From Acidobacteriota bacterium (GTDB taxonomy: Bacteria > Acidobacteriota > Thermoanaerobaculia > Multivoradales > JAHZIX01), in contig JAXHTF010000008.1 of NCBI GenBank assembly GCA_034211275.1, forward strand, positions 10,431 through 74,430: a stretch of 64,000 nucleotides of DNA. The letters run 5' to 3'. Positions 56,720 to 64,000 of this stretch are shown in pieces. Position 1 is the stretch's first letter. Each line of letters opens with the position of its first letter. The notes beneath the pieces were generated by a model. It was not told the DNA's origin. It did not search any database and saw nothing but the letters and a program-made list of their open reading frames with translations. Made by a program: the position numbers and the translations under genes.

Positions 56720-58804
56720 TCAGCCTTCCGCCAAGCTCCGCACCAACTGCTGTAACCCATCCCGGGTGCGCTCTGCGAAGCTCTCCCACTGCCGCCACGG
56801 CATGGGACGACCGAGGAAGAAGCCCTGCACCCGGTGGCAGCCCTCCTGTTCGAGGAAGCGCAGCTGCTCCTCCGTTTCTACGCCCTCGGCAATGACCTCC
56901 AGTTGCAGGCTCCGGGCCATGACGATCACCGCCCGGGGGATGGCTTTGTCCCCGTTGCCGCTGCCGATGCTGCGGATGAAGCTCTGGTCGATCTTCACCG
57001 TGTCGATGGGGAAGGTGCGCAGGTAGCTGAGGGACGAGTAGCCAACGCCGAAGTCGTCGATGGAGATGCGCACTCCGAGCTGTTTGAGGGCTCGCAACGC
57101 GGTGAGGGTCACCTCGACGTTCTGCATCGCCAGGTTCTCCGTCACCTCCAGCTCCAGGCAGGTGGGATCGAAGCCGGTGCGCAGGCACGCTTGCTCCACC
57201 AGCCGCGGCAGGCGCGGGTGGTGGAAAGCTCGCGCCGAGAGGTTCACCGCCAGGCGCAGACCCGCGGCGCCAGGACCCAGATCACGGATCCTGCGGCACG
57301 CGGTCTCCAGCACCCAGAGATCCAGCTCGTGGCTCATGCCGATGGTCTCCGCCAGGGAAAGAAAATCCCGCGGTGGGAGCATGCCCCGCCCCGGGTGATG
57401 CCATCGGATCAACGCCTCCACGCCGTCCACCGCGTCCCGCTCGAGGTCAAAGACCGGCTGGAAGTAGAAGTCGAACTCCTCCGACGCCAGCGCCCGCCGC
57501 AGGTCGCTCTCCAGATCCAGGCGCTCCAGAGCCCGGGCGCTCATCATCGGGTTGTAGACCTGCAACGTGTCTCGGCCGTCGTCCTTGGCTCCATACATGG
57601 CGGTGTCGGCGTGCTTGAGCAGCTGCTCCGCATCGCTGCCGTCGGACGGGTAGAGGCTGATCCCCAAGCTGGCGCTGACATAGATCTGGTGACCGTGGAG
57701 CTGGAAGGGGCGGCGCAGACCGGTGAGGATCTTCTCCGCCACCGCCTGGGCGTCCTCGGACCGCTTGAGGTCGGCGATGAGCAACACGAACTCGTCGCCT
57801 CCCAACCGCCCCACGGTATCCGCCTGGCGCACCGATTGCCGCAGCCGCCGCGCCACGCCGGTGAGCAGCTCGTCGCCGAAGCCGTGACCCAGAGAATCGT
57901 TGATCACTTTGAAGCGGTCGACGTCGAGAAACATCACCGCCAGCTGGCTACCCCGCCGGCGAGACGCCGCCAGCTCTTGACTCAGCCGGTCGAGGAAGAG
58001 CTTGCGGTTGGGCAGGCCGGTGAGGGAGTCGTGATAGGCGAGGTGCTCGATCCGCTGCGAGGCCCGCACCACCTCTTCCCGCTCCTCCTCCAGGAACCAG
58101 ATGACGATGCCCAGGCCGACGACGAATTGCAGCAGCCCGTCGACGAATCCCACCGAGGCCCCATAGAGCTCCGCCGGACGACGGCTGAAGGCGAGGAGCG
58201 CGATGATGAAGTACTGCAGCTGGTGCAGACCGTACACCAAGAAGCCCAATCCCAGAAGCCGGCGGCCGATGCCGTGATGCTGGGCCTGCACCCGCCACAT
58301 CCAGAGCGCGGTGACGGCAAAGGCCGGCCCGGCGAGCAGTGCCCGGGGCGCCAACAGCAGGAAGATGGCCCACCACCAGGCGAGGGAGGTCGCCGCCCCA
58401 CCCGGCAGAGCCATGCCGGCGAGCACCGCCGGCAACGCCAATACCGCACCGCTCAACGCCAGGATCACCGCCAGCCAACGGGTGTCGCTCAAGAAGCGAT
58501 GATCCCCCTTGCCGGAGATTTCCGAGGCTCCCGAGAGCAACCAGCCCACCTGGCAGAAACCGGCGCCCAGGGCCACCGCCAGAAAGACTCCGGAATACCA
58601 GGAGAACTTTCCCTCCGGCAAAACGACACAGGCCATCCCTCCGGCGAGCACGTAGATCCCCTGGCAGAACCAGCTCCAGGACCATTCCGCCAGATGGCGC
58701 CGGCGATAGAGGTGGTGGAGCAAGCGCAGGATCCCGGCCAGTAGAAAGCTGCCGCCGGCAGCGATCAACAAAGCCGGTACGATCATGCGCTCAAAACTCT
58801 CCAT
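56720..58804 (-). CDS. membrane-anchored GGDEF-EAL c-di-GMP signalling protein
   Basis: N-terminal multi-TM sensor region, GGDEF (RLGGDEFVLLI), and EAL (LELEVTEN ... SIDDFGVGYSSLSYL). Confidence 0.8.
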   Translation of the reverse strand: MESFERMIVPALLIAAGGSFLLAGILRLLHHLYRRRHLAEWSWSWFCQGIYVLAGGMACVVLPEGKFSWYSGVFLAVALGAGFCQVGWLLSGASEISGKGDHRFLSDTRWLAVILALSGAVLALPAVLAGMALPGGAATSLAWWWAIFLLLAPRALLAGPAFAVTALWMWRVQAQHHGIGRRLLGLGFLVYGLHQLQYFIIALLAFSRRPAELYGASVGFVDGLLQFVVGLGIVIWFLEEEREEVVRASQRIEHLAYHDSLTGLPNRKLFLDRLSQELAASRRRGSQLAVMFLDVDRFKVINDSLGHGFGDELLTGVARRLRQSVRQADTVGRLGGDEFVLLIADLKRSEDAQAVAEKILTGLRRPFQLHGHQIYVSASLGISLYPSDGSDAEQLLKHADTAMYGAKDDGRDTLQVYNPMMSARALERLDLESDLRRALASEEFDFYFQPVFDLERDAVDGVEALIRWHHPGRGMLPPRDFLSLAETIGMSHELDLWVLETACRRIRDLGPGAAGLRLAVNLSARAFHHPRLPRLVEQACLRTGFDPTCLELEVTENLAMQNVEVTLTALRALKQLGVRISIDDFGVGYSSLSYLRTFPIDTVKIDQSFIRSIGSGNGDKAIPRAVIVMARSLQLEVIAEGVETEEQLRFLEQEGCHRVQGFFLGRPMPWRQWESFAERTRDGLQQLVRSLAEG

Positions 58805-59213
58805 CTCCCCTCCCTTCCCGGGCCGCAGCGACGGATCCCCAACGGCAGGCCGCCAGGGGGCCTCGCTTTAAATTTCAAACAGTGCCTTCAATTATGAAGC
58901 CCGAGAGCGGCCATGACCAGGACACAGCTCTCACCACCGGGAACAGGGCAAATTCCGCCAATGAAGATTCTTTTTCACCCAAAGCACAAGACTTCGCCGA
59001 CTCAGCGGCCTTCTCGGGGCATCGAAGGAGAGAAGAAAGATCCCTTGGGAGAGCGCAAAGATTTCTCCACCGAGGGGCGCGAGTCCTCCACCGAGGAGAC
59101 ATCTTCGCGGAGAACAGAACGCCCCCGGCACCGTGGGCACCGGGGGCGTTCTCGAATCCATCGCCGGGCCGTGGAAGCTGGGCTCCCTCGGCTCCGGCGA
59201 GCTGGGATGGGGC

Positions 59214-62200
59214 TTACTCGCCGATGTACCCCAGCTTCCGAGCCTCGAAGTGGTCGAGGTAGAAGGTACCGGTGGTACCGGCGTCGAGACCGCCGACGAC
59301 ACCGAAGCGGAACTGGTCACCGCCCCGCTCGTCGTTGTCGATGCCGGTGACGGTGCTCAGCAGAGCGCCGTCGAGCCACACCCGTAGAACGCCGTCGTTG
59401 GCACCGGGAGCGCTGGACTGAGTCCACTCGACCTCGATGAAGTGGGGCCCGTCGGAGATGTCCAACCACGAGGTCTTGGCCCAAGAGCCGTCGTCACGAT
59501 GGCTCTTCATCAGGAAGACGTAGCCACCGGACTCCTCGCGGAAGACCATGGTCAGCAGGCGCCGGTTGTCCGAAGCCCGCAGCTGGAACGGCTTGAACCG
59601 CTTGTTGGTGGGAATCACCAAGCTGTTGGGATCGAAGTAGAAGCGCGCCCGCGCGCTCGCCTCGTCGGTGGGCGTGTTGTCGGTGACCCACTTGTCGTCC
59701 AGATCGGCGACGTCGACCGCCATACCCAGGGACGTGCCCGCCAGGTACGCAGAGGCGTTCACCGCCAGGTCCGTGAGGTCGCCGCCGGAGCCGTCCCAGC
59801 CGGTGAAATCACCGCTCTCGAAGCTGTCGGAGAACATCAGGTCGTCACCGGGCACGGCGGTGCACTCCGAGCCGTAGAAGACCCGCACGTCATCGACGTA
59901 CCAGCCCTCCGCGGACACCGAGCTATCGCAGCCCATGCGCCAGCGCAGGAGCACGTCCTGACCGCTGAAGTCGGACATGTCGACCAGCACCTCGGTCCAA
60001 CCACCGCTGTTGCCGTTCCAGGATTCGCGACCACCGATGGGGTTGCTGAAGCTGGTGCTCAGAGGACCATCGTAGTCACCCTGGATGAAGCGACCGGAGT
60101 TGCCGTCGAGGATGTCCACCCAGGTGCTGCCACCGTTGGTGGAGATCTCGAGGACGCCACCGTCGTAGGTCGCCTCGGTGTTGTAGTTGTGCCAGAAGGA
60201 GAGCACCGGATTGGCCGCCCCCGGGATGCTCACCGCCGCGGCGGTGGCCACATGCTGGTCCTTGATCGCCGCCTCGTCGGAGACGAACCAAGAATTCGAC
60301 GGCGAATTGCTGTTGGAGGTGGTCAGAGCCCACGGGCTGGTGCCCGAGTCGGAACCGCCGGCACCGGTGGCCCAGTTGGCCGTGCCGCCCTCCATGTCGT
60401 CCTCGAAGGAGACCGTGTCGGGGCCGGTGGCGACAGCCGAATCCTCGACCGTGTTGTCGTCCTCGTTGCCTCCGGCGCACTGACCGGAGCCGTTGCCGGA
60501 CTGATCCTCGGCGCGCACCTTGTAGAAATACTCGGTGCCGGAGATGACATCGGTGTCGGAGTAGAAGGTTCCGCCCTCGCAGGCGGAGAGCAGGTTGCCC
60601 GCTCCCGGCACGAAGTCCGGAGTGGTGTCGCGGTAGACGTTGTAGACCGCGCCGGTTCCCAGAGCCGCCGAGCAATTGGTGCTGGCGGGATTCCAGCTGA
60701 GCTCGATGGCACAGGAGCTGGAACCGGTATTGGTGGCGGCGGTGAGGCCATCGAAGGTCGGTTCCAAGGTGCACACGCCGGTGGCGGTGGCGTCGTCACA
60801 GGTGGAGAAGTCGGACTCGCAGCCGGTGGCGTCGTCCACCGAGGTGATCACGTAGGAATACGTCACCTCGCCGGACACCGTGGTGTCGGAGTAGCTGGTG
60901 GTCGCCACGCCGGAAGCGATGAGCTCGTATTGGGCCTGCGGGCAGGCGCCGATGGCGCGGTAGACGTTGTAGCTGGTGGCGCCGGTACCGGCGTTCCAGC
61001 TGAGGTCGATCTGATTGTCACCGTTGGTGGCGGCGGCGAGGCTGGTGGCCGCCAGCGGCGGGTCGCAGACCGCGCAATTGGGCACGTTCCCCTGGCCGTC
61101 CAGGTCGGCGATGATGTTCTGAATCGGCACACCGCGGTTGGGATCACCGGCGGTGTTGCTGCACGCCGCGGATCCGCGGCAGTGGTGCAGGGCGATGATC
61201 TTGTTGTCGCTGTAGCCGAGCACCGGCGAGCCGGAAGAGCCGCCCTGGGTGTCGGTGTAATAGCCGACGTCCGGCGGACCACCGGCGGAGCAGGCCGCCT
61301 CGTCGATGCTGAACACCCGGGACAGGCCGTCGGCGTCCAGCGCATGGGTGGATTCCATGCCGATGCGCTTACCCCAGCCCGCGGGGTGCTGCGGGATGTA
61401 CATCCGCTCGCCCACCACCGCGCCGGTGTCGCGCAGCTGCATGAAGCCGTAGGTACCCGGCAGATCGGTGCCGCCACCGACGGTGGTGTCGGGAACCACC
61501 AGGGCGTAGTCCAGGGGCGCGTCCACCTGCACCAGAGTACCGCCGCTGGCCTCGATGGTGCCGGGGCAGCCGAGGCTGGTGGCGCAATTGGTGGCGCAGT
61601 CCGCACCCTCCGCCATGAACTCGAAGTCGATGTTGTTGAGCGTCGCCTGGGAGCCGATGCAGTGCTCGTTGGTCATGATGTGACCGTCGCAACCCACCAG
61701 CCAGCCGGTGCAATGAGCGTTGCCGTTGAGGGTCAGCCGAGCCACCGCCCGCGCCTTGTCATAGGCCGCCGGCTCGCTGGCCTGGTAGCACTTGGCTTCC
61801 TCGGTGTCGTCCGGGCCGCACAGGGACTCGTTGCGGCTCGGCGGCACCGCCAGATTCATCTTCTCGCCCAAACCGGCGGACCACAGTGCCTCCAGCTCGG
61901 CATTGTTGTAGCCACGGCCGAAGTAGTCGATGGTGTAGCCGTAGCTGTTGCCGGTACCGGTGGTGTAGAGCTCCACCAGCACCCGGTCGCCCTTCACGTG
62001 GGTGGCGAAGAAGCCGTCCTGGGTCTTGCCCAGGTCAGCCCGGCCGTAACCGGTGTAGGTCCAGGACTGCGCACCGTCCGGGGAGCGCACCACCACGAAG
62101 TCGCCGTCGGCCAGGTCGAAGCGCTGGAAATGCACGGCGATGTAGGTGGCCCCGGGGTAGGAGACTTCGTCGAACCAGCTGAGGGTCGCCCGAGCCTCAC

Positions 62201-62349
62201 CAGAGGAGGGATAGGGATGAGGAGTGTCAAACTTCTCGAAGACATGCTCGCCGATGATCACCGGCTTCTGGGCCGTCGCCGCGGGGGCGAAGGCCAGAGC
62301 GCAAGCCAAGAGAAGGGTTAATAAGAGACTGTGGCGCATTTGAGAACCT
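59214..62349 (-). CDS. large secreted S1-family (trypsin-like) serine peptidase with two Fn3 domains and C-terminal lectin/jelly-roll-like domains
   Basis: Signal peptide MRHSLLLTLLLACALAFAPAATA. Catalytic His in MTNEHCI and Ser in TQGGSSGSPVLGY (GDSGGP-like). Two Fn3-like segments (IDLSWNAG...YNVYRA and IELSWNPAS...YNVYRD). Confidence 0.6.
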
Positions 62350-62655
62350 CCTGTTGTGAGCGTCTGGACGAATGCTATTCGAGGTGGATATTCCACTCTC
62401 GACCAGCCCATCGGGCACTTTGTCGCCGGACCCAGAATACAGAGGGCTGGACCGATTGCTTCAAAGCGGGAGCTTCAGAGCGAGAGAAGGCTCGGCACGA
62501 CAGGGCCCAGCGCAATGGCCTTCCAAAAGAGCCTTGGCAGCTTACCAGCTGGGGCTAAAACTCTTCAAGCTTCGCCCCCCCGAAAGGTCGGCTCCGAAAG
62601 CTCCGGGGCGTCTCGACGCCGCACCGCGTCCTGCTTGACGTATAGTTGGAGAGCG

Positions 62656-63441
62656 ATGCCCCCCGCCCTCCTGCACCGATCTCGGCCCCGCGCCCTGCTG
62701 CTCACCGCCACCCTGGTGGCCGGTCTGGCTACCAGCCTGGTCGCTGGTCTGCTGGCCGGACCGCCGGCCCTGGCCGCCCCCGCACCTTCGGACCCGCTGA
62801 AGACTCTCACCGAGAAGGGGCAGGAAGGGGCGGACCCCCTGAACGAGCAATTCCACTACCGGTGGCGACTGACCAACCTGCTGGGCTTTTTCGCCGGACT
62901 CTTCTTTCCCAGCCGCGGCGAGGGGGTGCTGAGCTTCGAGATCAACGAAGCCGGCCACCTCGCCAGCCAGCTGCACATCACCTCCCGGGAAACCGAAAGC
63001 GATGAGTTCTGGCTCTACGGGGCCGTCATCGACCCGCGGCAGATGCGCACGCTCCGAGCCTGGAGCGCGTATAAGTACGGCGACAAGAACAAGCGCAAGG
63101 ATCAGGAAGTCAACGAGTCCGGTGTCGTCGACGTGGCCTCGGGCATCTACCGCATCCGCCAGGACCCGCCCAAGCAGCCGACCCCGATGCGCATCTGGTC
63201 GGACGGTAAGATCTATTCGGTCCGGGTGGTCCCCCGGGGGGTCGAAGAGGTGAAGGTGGGCGACGAGGTCGTCGCCGCGCGCCTGTACTCCATCCGCAAC
63301 AATCCCGACAGCGAGGATCGGGAGTGGAAGGGCGAGCTCGACCTCTGGTTGGCCCAGAATGATCAGGCAACGCCGGTAAGGATTTTGATCAAGCGCAGTG
63401 GCCTCGGGGTGCTCCTCACCCTCGAGGACCAGCGCGGCTGA
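62656..63441 (+). CDS. hypothetical secreted protein (possibly DUF3108-like)
   Basis: The ATG at 62656 gives a signal-peptide-like N-terminus (LLLTATLVAGLATSLVAG). The rest is beta-rich with no catalytic motifs. Confidence 0.4.
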   Translation: MPPALLHRSRPRALLLTATLVAGLATSLVAGLLAGPPALAAPAPSDPLKTLTEKGQEGADPLNEQFHYRWRLTNLLGFFAGLFFPSRGEGVLSFEINEAGHLASQLHITSRETESDEFWLYGAVIDPRQMRTLRAWSAYKYGDKNKRKDQEVNESGVVDVASGIYRIRQDPPKQPTPMRIWSDGKIYSVRVVPRGVEEVKVGDEVVAARLYSIRNNPDSEDREWKGELDLWLAQNDQATPVRILIKRSGLGVLLTLEDQRG

Positions 63442-63601
63442 TTCGGGCCGGCACGAAAATCGCAATCAATATGCCCAGCGTGATGACTTTCGCTTTCCCG
63501 AGCCCCTTCGCCTACGGCGAGCGGCTCTGGAATCTTTGATAACAGACCTTTCGGCAGCCCCCTCGTGAGGCTGGCGGCGAGGAGAAATGGAGAATTTGAC
63601 A

Positions 63602-64000
63602 ATGACAACTCTACGATTGCTCTTTTGTTTGCTGCTGAGCACGACCCTGCTCACCGCTTGCGGAGGCCCGCAAGAGACCGCTCCGGCGGAGACCGAGCCG
63701 GCTCCGGCGGCGCAGGAAGAACCGGCAGCGGCGGAGGCCATGGAAGAGGCCACCACCGCCCACGCGACCCTGCAAGCCCGTGAGGACATGGGCGAGCTCC
63801 AGGGCGTGGTGAACTTCAGCGAGAGTGACGGCGTCGTCACCATCACCGCCGAGGTCAAAGGCCTGAGCGGTGCCGGCACCCACGGATTCCACATCCACGA
63901 GACCGGCGACTGCAGCGCCCCGGACTTCACCTCCGCCGGTGGCCACTTCAATCCCACCGACACCATCCACGGCGGCCCCAGCGACGAAGAGCACCACGCC
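63602..64000 (+). CDS. sodC: Cu/Zn superoxide dismutase lipoprotein, 3'-truncated at window edge
   Basis: Lipobox LLTAC. GFHIHETGDC...SAGGHFNP...HGGP are canonical SodC copper/zinc-ligand motifs. GGAGAA ribosome-binding site 7 nt upstream. The ORF runs off the window end. Confidence 0.8.
   Translation, partial: MTTLRLLFCLLLSTTLLTACGGPQETAPAETEPAPAAQEEPAAAEAMEEATTAHATLQAREDMGELQGVVNFSESDGVVTITAEVKGLSGAGTHGFHIHETGDCSAPDFTSAGGHFNPTDTIHGGPSDEEHHA

Overview
The window is a 64 kb high-GC (about 68-70%) bacterial chromosomal segment, densely coded on both strands, with no rRNA, CRISPR array, transposase or integrase. Start-stop overlaps are common (GTGA at mreC/mreD, ATGA at wzm/wzt, TGATG at sufS/sufU). 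Housekeeping blocks recognised from the translations are: mreB-mreC-mreD-mrdA(PBP2)-rodA-rng (cell-shape cluster plus RNase G); rpsU-mutS2-dnaG-rpoD (macromolecular-synthesis operon with MutS2 inserted); a suf Fe-S operon with a divergent Rrf2 regulator (sufBCDS-sufU-sufT); hutI, yggS, tRNA-Met(CAU), tRNA-Asn(GUU) and a partial Cu/Zn superoxide dismutase at the 3' edge. Between these lie cell-envelope and accessory genes. These include a Kdo/WaaP-type LPS kinase fused to a clan GH-A-like domain, a YfhO-like membrane protein carrying in-frame 15-bp tandem repeats, and a periplasmic-binding-protein + Wzm/Wzt ABC-2 exporter + DUF3467 + divergent GWxTD-domain gene cluster. Others are a DUF11-repeat protein with an IPTL-CTERM sorting signal, a CRTAC1/TPR pair, a large secreted S1 protease with Fn3 domains, two GGDEF-EAL proteins, and a PopZ-like acidic protein with EEAP[VI] repeats. 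The best candidate for an undescribed module is an AbiEii/DUF1814-like nucleotidyltransferase with a translationally coupled 102-aa partner wedged between yggS and hutI, a possible type IV toxin-antitoxin or abortive-infection pair. Gene content (IPTL-CTERM, GWxTD, CRTAC1+TPR) hints at Acidobacteriota or Gemmatimonadota-like taxa, but this is inference. All calls are from reading the sequence and ORF translations; no database search was run.
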